From an uncultured delta proteobacterium (lineage in GTDB: Bacteria; Desulfobacterota; BSN033; UBA1163), in NCBI GenBank assembly GCA_963827685.1, contig CAWHBU010000008.1, forward strand, positions 1 through 64,000: DNA of 64,000 nucleotides, in the 5' to 3' direction. Of the stretch, positions 25,601 to 33,791 are shown piece after piece. A program made the translations under genes and the position numbers. The notes under the pieces are model-generated. The model had not been told where the DNA came from. It saw only the letters and a list, made by a program, of their open reading frames with translations, and searched no databases. Every line of letters starts with the position of its first letter. The stretch's first letter is position 1.

Positions 25601-25893
25601 ACAAGGTTTCCCTGTGTATCATAAATAGCGATATACATGATGTCTTCATCTTTATTCGCTTGGCTGACAATTGAATCCAGCTGAATGCTGTCCTTCATGA
25701 TCAAAGGCTCTTGACTGAGCATCGCTATATAAGATGCAAAGTTTTTCCCCTTGGTCACCAAGGACTGCCTGAGCATCTTTCCTTCATTGATCGCAATGAC
25801 AGTGCTTAACAAAATGGTGCCAACAAAAAGGATAAGGAAGATCTCTTTCAGAAACTTATATCGGATGCTTTTTTCATAAGGCTTTCTGAACAT
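22591..25893 (-). CDS. Membrane hybrid sensor kinase (HAMP, 3 PAS, HisKA, HATPase, REC)
   Basis: Two TM segments, DITERK repeats, FLANMSHEIRTP, GTGLGLAIS, REC domain. Confidence 0.92.
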   Translation of the reverse strand: MFRKPYEKSIRYKFLKEIFLILFVGTILLSTVIAINEGKMLRQSLVTKGKNFASYIAMLSQEPLIMKDSIQLDSIVSQANKDEDIMYIAIYDTQGNLVTSQYASINYRSPRLKVILAGLSKKSEVEDIIAAIRNKEAITELSVPILTGTYTIGKVTICMSRYNIHQQIVKTVLFVLVLNVMVAIVLAAVVFIVSRQIIFDPITELAHAIARLAKGDLSTRIAVKATGEVQMLLEGFNQMAEDLDKTTVSKDYVDNIIKSMINSLIVVSPDNKIIRTNTATCVLLGYEEKELVGRPVETIFGGNGSSKDPWMKTMLTDNHVSNIEETYLTKNGREIPVLLSASVMHDANKVIRGIVYVAQDITERKQAEEALRESENKYRKIFENVQDAFYQTDNEGNITDISPSIERYSGYPRGELIGKSVGEVYFNPEDRIRLLKAIQEKGEVVDYELRLKSKDNRLIYASANAHVLFDLAGKPIGVEGTLRDITERKRAEEELQKLAAVVRYSSELINLTTLDGKMVFLNEAGAKMLGISPTEIEQTNIIQIIPDHLKEKVQNELLPALMNNGTWEGDLQYLNLKTGQLTDVHTMSFIIKDAVTGAPLFLANVSLDITEQKELEAALHKAKEEAERANRAKTIFLANMSHEIRTPMNAILGFSQLMQRDPTVTPRQRQQLDTINRSGEHLLALINDILEISKIEAGRVTLNPTAFDLHALLNDLEMMFRPRTDAKNLQFSVERIGEVPRFVVSDEGKLRGVLINLLGNAVKFTKKGGIILRVRALHEETKELRLRAEIEDTGPGIAAEDMDRLFHHFEQMQAGRDAGTGTGLGLAISREFVRLMGGDITVSSQVGRGSLFGFNIALKEADPAAVVVKAESRCVTGLQPGQPQYRVLVADDKEDNRELLSQMLGPVGFQIRQVADGEEAVKEFEMWNPSLILMDLRMPVVDGYEAIRRIRASVGGKDTRIIAVTASAFEDTRQEVLATGADNFISKPFRETELFEKIGRLLGAKYIYVEEAVSVAAEPEAFGALTPESLNGLPGELVRQIREATINADLDRMLELIQQAATHDAHAADGMRSLAERFDYQKLLDLIPTGGTTNGTTNES

Positions 25894-25935
25894 TGATCAT
25901 TGCTCCATTCGGGCCATAGCTAAATGTCGTAGCAG

Positions 25936-26889
25936 CTATTCTATTGTCCTTGTTACCGTCTTCATAAGATTAGGCGGGATCTGAAACCGGCCTTTTTTGG
26001 CTGTCTTCATGTTCAGAATCACATCGGATTTTTTTGCAGATTCTATGGGAATAGACGACGGTTTCACACCTTTTAGAATCTTCACTGCCTTCTCCCCGGC
26101 AAGCTGGCCCATCGAATACGCGTCTGCGCACACGCCCAGAAGTACCCCTTTCTCTACCAGGTCGTCGAGGTGGGTTATTGTGATCACTTTAGCCTTGGTC
26201 GCCATATCCGTGATTACCGAAACCTGACTGTCGACTAGATTGCTGCCGGTAACATAAATAGCGTCTGCGGTACGCAAGACTTCTGGAAGCAGTTGATTAA
26301 CCTCTTTAATCTCGGTCAAAGGAACCGGGATAACCTTAATCTTATAATTTGCGTCAATTCTCTGCAGATCTTTCAGTACTGACTCGGAGTTTTTTTCACC
26401 TGGCGTATAGAGCACTGCCAACCTCTTTACCTGCGTAAAGTTTTTCAGGCTTTCCATAAGCCTCGGCATGGGAATCTTAGAACTGCTGCCGGTAGTGTTG
26501 TTTCCCGAACTCTTCCAATCCTTAGCTATTCTAGCCTCCACCGGATCATAAACCACGCTGAAGACTATCGGCACGTCCTTAATCTCCCGGCTAACGGCTA
26601 CGGTTACAGAAGTGCCCAACGTGATAATCAAATCCAGTTTTTCTGCGGCAAACTTCTTTACCAGTTCCGCTGCCCTTGCCTTGTTTGCACCCGCCTGTTC
26701 TACAATAAAAGTTGTTTTCGGCTCTCCAAAGCCCCCTTCTCTGAGCTTATCTTTAATGCCTTTTTCGGCCTCGATGTATCGGGCCTCTTCACTAAACATC
26801 AGGACCCCGATTTTTCTCTGTGCCTGCGCCTCCATGGAAAACAGAGCTAAAGTCAGAAAGATCACAGCACTAACCAAGAATCTTTTCAT
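25936..26889 (-). CDS. ABC-type substrate-binding protein (ABC_sub_bind/DUF534-like)
   Basis: Signal peptide, PIVFSVVYDPV, SGNNTTG, NMKTAKK. Confidence 0.85.
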   Translation of the reverse strand: MKRFLVSAVIFLTLALFSMEAQAQRKIGVLMFSEEARYIEAEKGIKDKLREGGFGEPKTTFIVEQAGANKARAAELVKKFAAEKLDLIITLGTSVTVAVSREIKDVPIVFSVVYDPVEARIAKDWKSSGNNTTGSSSKIPMPRLMESLKNFTQVKRLAVLYTPGEKNSESVLKDLQRIDANYKIKVIPVPLTEIKEVNQLLPEVLRTADAIYVTGSNLVDSQVSVITDMATKAKVITITHLDDLVEKGVLLGVCADAYSMGQLAGEKAVKILKGVKPSSIPIESAKKSDVILNMKTAKKGRFQIPPNLMKTVTRTIE

Positions 26890-27030
26890 TGTCCGCATAC
26901 CTTTCTACCCCCTTTATATCCTTATATTTGTTAGATCGTTGAACTTCCAGATGGAATGCCCGATTATCTCTCCTTCTGTGTAGCATTTCATGATCCATTG
27001 TGGTTGGTTTCCTGTTACCAAAGCGGCGAT

Positions 27031-27237
27031 TTATGCCGGGTCGTTCTCTCCTTTCGATCTCCTCTTTCCACTCTTTAAAAACTTGTTTAGTTCTGTCTGG
27101 AGGACCCTCCAGCCACTCCCTACTTTGATGGCGTTTATCTTGCCAGCGCGGATGCACTTAAAATAGGTGGGTTTTGAGATCTTTAGGTATCTGATTGCTT
27201 CGTCCGTAGTTAAGACCTCATCGTTACTTTTTCCCAT
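27031..27237 (-). CDS. HTH_17 (excisionase-like) DNA-binding protein
   Basis: LTTDEAIRYLKISKPT...GKINAIKVGSGWRV. Confidence 0.85.
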   Translation of the reverse strand: MGKSNDEVLTTDEAIRYLKISKPTYFKCIRAGKINAIKVGSGWRVLQTELNKFLKSGKRRSKGENDPA

Positions 27238-27305
27238 AGGATGCCTTGTCTCCCTTTTCTTTGGTTTTATTAAGTTTGGTTTAGCGTGCTTGATTTTGAT
27301 AGGCA

Positions 27306-27321
27306 GCAAGATATGTACCGG
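27306..27321 (-). promoter_or_regulatory. Putative sigma54 promoter (-24/-12)
   Basis: Minus strand CCGGTACATATCTTGC (GG-N10-GC), ~70 bp upstream of the HTH_17 start. Confidence 0.5.
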
Positions 27322-27567
27322 AAAAGAGGGATGAAGGTTTCTGTTTTGTAAGTATTTAATTTAATAAGGATTTTTTATATTGTGGCAGAGTTGTTGACGG
27401 CGATTTAATACAGAAAGCCCCGGCTTAAAATGCCATTTTGTCCAAGGTATGACGAATCTTGTAAATCCAAGCTGAAATGGTGGCTCAGCGGGTACCCCTA
27501 CAAGTATTCATTTCAAAATAGGCAGGAAAGTTAATGAGTCAAGTAGCGCGGTGGAATTTCCCTCGTT

Positions 27568-27640
27568 GAATGTCAAGCCGAAAGGACCACAAGATATGAA
27601 GGAAGGTTTTAGGCCAAGATCGCAGATAACGATTACCAAA
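27568..27640 (-). repeat. Repeat F copy 1 (retains -35, lacks -10)
   Basis: gaatgtcaagccgaaaggaccacaagatatgaaggaaggttttaggcc identical to 29251-29298. Confidence 0.85.
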
Positions 27641-28190
27641 TGAAATGTGAATAATTTATGAAAAGAGGGCGGAAACATTTGTATCTCCGTCTATGGCTCT
27701 TTTAACTATTAGCCCACTAAGCTCTAAGGGTTCGACAAGCTGACCATTGATTCAGCCTGAGCGTACCGAAGGGCCACCCGCACCTTATCCGCTCCGTCCC
27801 TAAAGCTCTGGAGCGTCAGTGACTTCCCCCATCGAAAGAGGAGGAATGGGTCAGGGAGATTTCCAATATCTTTGGTTAGTCCTAAGAGCTTCTGACATTT
27901 AGCGAGATAGTTCCAGTAGCACCGCTTTTACCTTCTTGGGAGGGGAAATTTAGCTCCTTAATTCCTCCGATGATACATTGCTCCAATTTCTTTTCTGCCA
28001 GTTAGCTGTGCTTCCGAACCTTTAGCAAGTGGTCTTTTCTATGGTTTGAGGATAACATGCGATGTTGACCGAGGTGTTCTTGATGTAACCGGAAACAAGG
28101 CAGCAAAACGTTCAAAGGTGCCTTTTGGAGGGTTTTTTATGCAAGTGTGGGGAGACCCTTTTGTTAAGTTAATTGGAGGGTGGACCCAAT

Positions 28191-28550
28191 TTAATTATAC
28201 TTTTTGGGCCACTGTTTGACGATTTGGATAATTTCTCTGACATAGGCGCATTCACATTTTGCAAGGCAGTGCTCGATATTATCCTTATAAAGACAGTATT
28301 GTGGACAATCTTCAGTATTGTCTAATCTCCCGGAGAAGATTGGACCATCATAAAGATCCTTGAATTCACTTACCTTAATGGCGAGCGTTGTTTCGCAGCT
28401 ATGATTGAAAAGAAATAAACCTTCTTCCAAGGAAGGAAAATTCACCTGGTAGCCGACAATATCAATTCCTGGATCCCCGACAAACCTCTCTCGTGTTTCC
28501 CATATTTGTCCACAAGATGAACATTTTTTGAATTCCTTGTCGGCAGCCAC
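28191..28550 (-). CDS. Cys-rich hypothetical protein
   Basis: CSSC, FNHSCETTL, CPQYC, CLAKCECA; GTG start with RBS aggt. Confidence 0.7.
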   Translation of the reverse strand: MAADKEFKKCSSCGQIWETRERFVGDPGIDIVGYQVNFPSLEEGLFLFNHSCETTLAIKVSEFKDLYDGPIFSGRLDNTEDCPQYCLYKDNIEHCLAKCECAYVREIIQIVKQWPKKYN

Positions 28551-28569
28551 TGTATACCTTCTTTTCTTT

Positions 28570-29052
28570 CTAAACTGCAGATCTGGAGTCTTTGTCCAGT
28601 ACTTGCCTTACTTTTCCAGCTAGCCCTTCCAGCGCAAAGGGTTTCTGGATGTAATTGATCTCTTGCTCAAGGACCCCGTGATGGACAATCGCGTCTTCTG
28701 TGTAGCCTGACATATAGAGGACCTTCATCTGTGGGTGAAGGAGCCTTAGAGGCTCATATAATGCGCGACCGTTCATTTTTGGCATCACGACATCGGTTAG
28801 CATTAGAGGAATGGGATCCCTATGCTTCTCACAGATACGTAAGGCATCATCTCCATCACATGCCTGCAAAACTTTATATCCCTGGTTCTCTAAGAGATAA
28901 GCGGCCAATTGCCGGACTCTCTCTTCATCCTCAACCACCAGAATTGTCTCGCTTCCATGCGGAAGCTCTTCAGTGACCACTTTCTCCTCGAGATCCTCAA
29001 GGGCCTCCTCTACCCGAGGAAGATAGATCTTAAAGGTTGTCCCCTTACCCGG
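28570..29052 (-). pseudogene. C-terminal part (HATPase end + REC) of a hybrid histidine kinase, truncated next to repeat C
   Basis: PGKGTTFKIYLPRVEE followed by REC (VVEDE, LTDVVMP, KPF); upstream replaced by repeat. Confidence 0.8.
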
Positions 29053-29065
29053 AGGATTTGTCTTC

Positions 29066-29162
29066 GGGGTCAGACTTAATTATTGAGATTTTTTCTTGCT
29101 CTCTTTAAAAACAAGATAATCTTTCGTTCTGTTCTTAAATGTCAATATTTAAGTCTGACCCC
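29066..29162. repeat. Repeat C copy 1: 97-bp MITE-like unit GGGGTCAGAC...GTCTGACCCC
   Basis: Terminal inverted repeats; near-identical copy at 35164-35260. Confidence 0.9.
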
Positions 29163-29230
29163 AGGGTTTTTATCAAGTCAAAGTGTTCTTTTTCTAACGA
29201 TATGATAAGAACTCGCTATCGGATGAGTTG

Positions 29231-29298
29231 AATGTATGAAAAACGGAGTCGAATGTCAAGCCGAAAGGACCACAAGATATGAAGGAAGGTTTTAGGCC
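29231..29298 (-). promoter_or_regulatory. Repeat F copy 2 with promoter TTGACA-17-TACATT (29259-29231)
   Basis: Hexamers and 17-bp spacer read directly; related copies at 27568 and 59833. Confidence 0.7.
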
Positions 29299-29341
29299 GG
29301 TAGAGAAATAAACGGGACGGCTGTTCTATACTCCCCAAGGG

Positions 29342-29513
29342 TTTGAAGGTCTTGATGTCGGAGATCGAGTTCGCGTTGAGCTAATAGGGACTGATGTAGA
29401 ACGAGGATTCATCGACTTTGCCCGAGTAGAAAGAGGGCAGGGGGATTGAGATTCGCCCGTCTCAGCAGGGGAATAGATCATTATATAAGTAGAAATTTAT
29501 AATTTTGTGGACG
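29342..29513 (+). repeat. Third copy of the RNB 3' end plus downstream flank (172 bp)
   Basis: Aligns without gaps to 19988-20159. Confidence 0.9.
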
Positions 29514-29535
29514 CCCCCCCTTTTTTATCACAACA

Positions 29536-30189
29536 TCAAGTCTCTTCTGGCTGAGCCATCAACAAATTGGGTTGAATTCTCTTATTTCCCTCAATTGATA
29601 CCCTAAATAGATTAATCAGCCTCAGTCTTTCGGATTCTCTCTTTTTTTCAATCGGACACAGTTGATATCGCAGATGAAATAAAAAAAGGAACGCATTATT
29701 TATTCCTCCCCCTATTCTAATTTCATGCTGGTCAATAGGTGCTTCAATGTGTTGGTGTGTGTGAGGGTGACAGACTAACCCATCAATCACAGCTACCATG
29801 TCATATTCATCCATCCTTCGGATTGCATCTTTGCGCCTATTGTGCTTCGTTAGAAATGATTGCTCCGGAAATGAAAAATAATGTGAATCAACACCATGTA
29901 TCCACATCAACTCATTTTGCTTGTTAGCAGGACAGTATAAAAAATGTACCTCGTAATTGCCTATACCTGTGATATACATATCAAAATCAATACAAAACTG
30001 CTTACAGGATATTTTTACCTGGCCATCTATAAACGGCTGTTTAAATGGGTGTTCTCCTATCTCCCAAAATTTCCCTAAGCTATTCCTATATTGCAGCAGC
30101 CACCGTTTTCGATCTTTTGAGCCTAAGGGACAGAAACCTAGCCGAATAGCATCACGCCAAAGGTAGGCACGAATGATGTCTCTATCCAT
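29536..30189 (-). CDS. Hypothetical protein with HPxxHxH motif (DUF2290-like?), 4th gene of the SIR2-HerA operon
   Basis: HPHTHQHI...IRIGG...FLFLF; start overlaps the upstream stop by 8 bp. Confidence 0.7.
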   Translation of the reverse strand: MDRDIIRAYLWRDAIRLGFCPLGSKDRKRWLLQYRNSLGKFWEIGEHPFKQPFIDGQVKISCKQFCIDFDMYITGIGNYEVHFLYCPANKQNELMWIHGVDSHYFSFPEQSFLTKHNRRKDAIRRMDEYDMVAVIDGLVCHPHTHQHIEAPIDQHEIRIGGGINNAFLFLFHLRYQLCPIEKKRESERLRLINLFRVSIEGNKRIQPNLLMAQPEET

Positions 30190-32056
30190 TCGAGGACCCT
30201 CTTTTAGCATGTTTAAGATATTCTAAAACGATTTTTAGATTGTCTAGCACATTTGATTCGGAACTTTTCTTCTTTTGAACCAAATCCTTAAAATAATTTA
30301 TATCAGATTGGATATCCTCTATACTCAGGCTTGCCAGTAGTTCATCTTCCAAAATAAATACTCGGAAAAGCTGACGAAGCTGGGTCCAAAAATGTAGGTT
30401 CCTTGAAAGACTATTTTCTGGAATCCACCAGATCATTTGATGCCCGAGCAGGTTATCTCGCATTTTATCTATTTCAATTAAACTCTTCTCCTCCCATTTA
30501 TTACCAATGAACTCAAGTGAGAGGATATCTGCATCCTTCTCCAATAATTCCAGCAACTTTATAACTGGAGGGATGACCTTGTCGTCTTCTATTTTATAAT
30601 GCTTGAATGACTGATGTTCATAAGTGTTAGCCATGGCAAACAGATATGCCCGGGCAGCCTCAAGAACTTCAGGATTACGATACGCAACGATCATCCATTC
30701 AGCTCGGTCTTTAGACAACAAAGAATTTTTAAGAATCTCTAGAATTTCAACCAAATTGGTTGCAATTGGCTGTTCAATTTCCGTTTTAAAAATCTCCCTC
30801 CATAAATCGAGTGAGATTATATCTCGATTCAAATCCAGCCCAACTGGGCTGATGTGCTTCTGCTTAGCATAGCGCTTTAGATAACGCCTTAGCAATTGAA
30901 CCTCCGGATCATTTATCTTCACCTTCAATCTCACGGAATAGAGTACAATAGGATTGACGATTGCCCTCAGTTTTCGTCCATCTTCTTCTTTTTTTTGTAA
31001 CAATACCCAATTGCCATAGACTGCTCGCTGTGCCGTTTCTTTATCTCCGGGGAGAGATAATATCGTCGGTTCCAAATAGTTCTGCTTTCTTACCACGTTC
31101 AGCAAATCGTCATCGGGTTTAGGAGAATAGGCAAAGTATTCCAAAAACAAGTTCCGAATGGCTTTAATAATGATTTCATCCTCTGTTCCCCCTTTTGCAT
31201 TTCGCAGCGCCATAAGCATACGGATCGCCTGTCGAGGATTCCCGCCGGACCATTTCATCGCCGTCCCAATTAATTTATTTTCACTTTTGAAATAAATCCC
31301 CATTCTTTTTTGAAGCAACTTACGGATTTCTTCTCTCTGCATGGTGTAGACAAGAAGCCACCGGTCTGATTCAAATGAAAACAGTGGCTGAAAAAGATGC
31401 ACCACATTTAATTCAAAGAGTGTTTTCTTGGATAATAGGAACTTTAAGGGCCCTCTAAGATCGAAAAAAGCAGGGCTATCTGGGGAGTATTTATCAACCC
31501 CGGAAGCAAACAAAATAGGATTTCGAGTAATCTTTGTTTTAATACTTTTAAGTAGGTAAGAACAAGCTTCTTCAATGAACCCCGGCATTTCCGCAATTTT
31601 GTCCTGAACACTTTTTCTTTTTGAATAGAGTTTTAAAGAAATCTTAGGAGGCCTAAGAATATCTAATAATTTTTGCCACTTTTGATAACCCAATCCTGCC
31701 AATTCCTCTGGTAATCTCAAAACGGATAGATCGGCATCAAAATCAAGGGCCTTTTTGATCAGCTCAGCAAGTATGATTCGCCAAAAATCACCAAGAGAAA
31801 GATTAGATCCCTCTCTATCGAAGTGAAATTCCATGTCGGGTCTAATACCTGATGTGTGCCAAAGGTTTTGTATTAAAGTTGATTTTCCAGAACCAATCTG
31901 CCCCCCCACGAAGATAGCTTCTCCCTCATATTTCAACCAATATTCTAGCTTTGATAACAGCTGTTTTTGAACCGGTATATAGAGGTTCTGCAATTCCCAT
32001 TCGGATTCAAGTGGAAGGCCCAAATCGAAATTTATCCCAGAGCGGTTTCTTTGCAT
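30182..32056 (-). CDS. P-loop ATPase, 3rd gene of the SIR2-HerA operon
   Basis: Walker A GQIGSGKS, SGGNPRQ motif; ATG overlaps the herA stop (TGATG). Confidence 0.8.
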   Translation of the reverse strand: MQRNRSGINFDLGLPLESEWELQNLYIPVQKQLLSKLEYWLKYEGEAIFVGGQIGSGKSTLIQNLWHTSGIRPDMEFHFDREGSNLSLGDFWRIILAELIKKALDFDADLSVLRLPEELAGLGYQKWQKLLDILRPPKISLKLYSKRKSVQDKIAEMPGFIEEACSYLLKSIKTKITRNPILFASGVDKYSPDSPAFFDLRGPLKFLLSKKTLFELNVVHLFQPLFSFESDRWLLVYTMQREEIRKLLQKRMGIYFKSENKLIGTAMKWSGGNPRQAIRMLMALRNAKGGTEDEIIIKAIRNLFLEYFAYSPKPDDDLLNVVRKQNYLEPTILSLPGDKETAQRAVYGNWVLLQKKEEDGRKLRAIVNPIVLYSVRLKVKINDPEVQLLRRYLKRYAKQKHISPVGLDLNRDIISLDLWREIFKTEIEQPIATNLVEILEILKNSLLSKDRAEWMIVAYRNPEVLEAARAYLFAMANTYEHQSFKHYKIEDDKVIPPVIKLLELLEKDADILSLEFIGNKWEEKSLIEIDKMRDNLLGHQMIWWIPENSLSRNLHFWTQLRQLFRVFILEDELLASLSIEDIQSDINYFKDLVQKKKSSESNVLDNLKIVLEYLKHAKRGSSNG

Positions 32057-33789
32057 CAATCTCTGCCCTGCCTGCGCATATTTTCAACAGATTTCACAAA
32101 ATCCGGAGCCTGTGCCTTTTTCATCCATTCAGACCAAATATCAATGGTGGCGCTCAGCGGTTTTTCATTTGGAGGATTAACTTTAATCCGGCTAGACAAC
32201 AAAACCGCGTCGCCAAGTACCAAGGCTTCTCCGATATCCATAATTGGCAGCACATCCAGCAAACTCTCCAGGCTCTCTGGCATAAGCTTACGGACTGTGG
32301 TTTGGTCATCTGCATTGCTCAGGCGCAAGGCAATTACATTGTTGCATTGACTTAAAACTGTTGGACTAACATCTGAAGGCCTCTGACTGACAATGAGCAA
32401 TGCTACTCCGTACTTCCTGCCTTCTTTGGCAATCTTTTCAAAAGCCTCAACGGCCCGCTGCTCAACTGGATTTTTCCCTTCCTTTTTCGGTATATAGAGA
32501 TGGGCTTCATCACAAATGAATGCAAGGGGGCGACGTTTGTCATGATCGGTCCAAAATTGAATCTGGTAGATAATCCGTGCAACCAATCCCACAATGACCG
32601 GAAGGATATCTGCGGGCACCTCGGAGAAGTCGATTACTTTGATCTGCGCCCCTGGAGTATCATAGTCCATCAAGTTAGCGGCAGTGCGTGCCATAGATTC
32701 ATATTTATGCTCAGAGTCTGGGGCCTGGAACAGGAAACCATATCGCTTATCGCTCAACTTGCTCCGAATGCGGGTTAGTAAGCGACTGAACTGCCCGTAG
32801 AAGTCTCCCTGTTTAAGGCCTCGGGCTCCCTGGACCATTTCTTCATTCATATTTCTAAGCTCTTCCAATACTGCGTTAAGTGAGAATGGAATTGGGCTAT
32901 CGAGCGTGAATGCATTAAGAACTTCCGTTTTTCGCAAATCCTCAAGTGTTTTCTTTTTCTGTGCAATTACCGCATCCTGAAACGCCATCACCTGATTATG
33001 GGCACTGAATTCGGTTCGATCAATAAACATGGCCTGCATTTCTTCGGCATTTAAAAGCCAATATGGTAGATAAAGAAGCTCCTCAGAAGTTCTCCGCAGA
33101 TCCTCAGGGCCGGGAATCCGAAGATGTCGGGCATAAGTTAGATCCCGGTATTCCCCGTGCAGATCAAAGATAATCAAATTGGCGGAGGGTAGTTTGGCCG
33201 CTCGTTCCAAAATTGAGGCGACTGCCCAGGATTTACCTGACCCTGTGCTTCCTAGTAACGCTGCGTGACGTTGGAAAAGTTTGTTTCCATCCAAATAGGC
33301 TATAGCATTTTCGTCAATGGTATACTTTCCCAACTCAAGAGAATGCGCTTTATCGCCCTCTTCTGAAAGAACTCCCATGAAATTTTCCAGTTGGGCATCC
33401 CGTAAAATGTGGCACTCAGCGTCTATCTCAGGCACATGTACAAGTGAACGAGAAAATGTCGGCCTCCCTTTGTTGGCATCCCACCGAACCGTTCCTACAA
33501 GCGTTAAACGGACCGTATTAACAACATTTTCAATTTTATTAATTTCGTTTTCAGTACTTTCTTGTATGTCGTCCAATTCTTTTTCTTGGATCGCAACTGA
33601 CTTTATTACTTTTTCAATAATACCAATCAACCAGGACTCCACGGCACCCATAAGCCTCAAAGCCACCAATTGCCCAACTCGCGCTTTCCTTAGGTCTTCA
33701 TCAGTTTTTACAAAGATGGATACCCTTCGAGTGTCAACTTCGCGAACTTGTCCTAAAAGATGTGAAGTATCAAAAGTGAATATTGTCAT
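32056..33789 (-). CDS. herA: HerA/FtsK-like ATPase (DUF87/DUF853)
   Basis: RHAALLGSTGSGKS, FDLHGEY, CDEAHLY, IAKEGRKYG, SQRPS; N-terminal HAS-barrel-like region. Confidence 0.92.
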   Translation of the reverse strand: MTIFTFDTSHLLGQVREVDTRRVSIFVKTDEDLRKARVGQLVALRLMGAVESWLIGIIEKVIKSVAIQEKELDDIQESTENEINKIENVVNTVRLTLVGTVRWDANKGRPTFSRSLVHVPEIDAECHILRDAQLENFMGVLSEEGDKAHSLELGKYTIDENAIAYLDGNKLFQRHAALLGSTGSGKSWAVASILERAAKLPSANLIIFDLHGEYRDLTYARHLRIPGPEDLRRTSEELLYLPYWLLNAEEMQAMFIDRTEFSAHNQVMAFQDAVIAQKKKTLEDLRKTEVLNAFTLDSPIPFSLNAVLEELRNMNEEMVQGARGLKQGDFYGQFSRLLTRIRSKLSDKRYGFLFQAPDSEHKYESMARTAANLMDYDTPGAQIKVIDFSEVPADILPVIVGLVARIIYQIQFWTDHDKRRPLAFICDEAHLYIPKKEGKNPVEQRAVEAFEKIAKEGRKYGVALLIVSQRPSDVSPTVLSQCNNVIALRLSNADDQTTVRKLMPESLESLLDVLPIMDIGEALVLGDAVLLSSRIKVNPPNEKPLSATIDIWSEWMKKAQAPDFVKSVENMRRQGRD

Positions 33790-33791
33790 AA

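Noticed and set aside
27031-27237. HTH_17 gene as evidence of a prophage
   Set aside because: No integrase, replication or structural phage genes in the window
27586-27602. NrdR-box-like ccacaagatatg in repeat F
   Set aside because: Only a partial match, not tandem, and no ribonucleotide reductase gene nearby
27728-27850. Degenerate REP-like palindromes (ttcgacaagct...cctgagcgtaccgaaggg)
   Set aside because: Too decayed to delimit; probably common intergenic repeats
29066-29162. GGGGTC ends as Tn3-family inverted repeats
   Set aside because: Similarity stops after ~6 bp; no 38-bp IR pattern, 5-bp duplication, tnpA or resolvase
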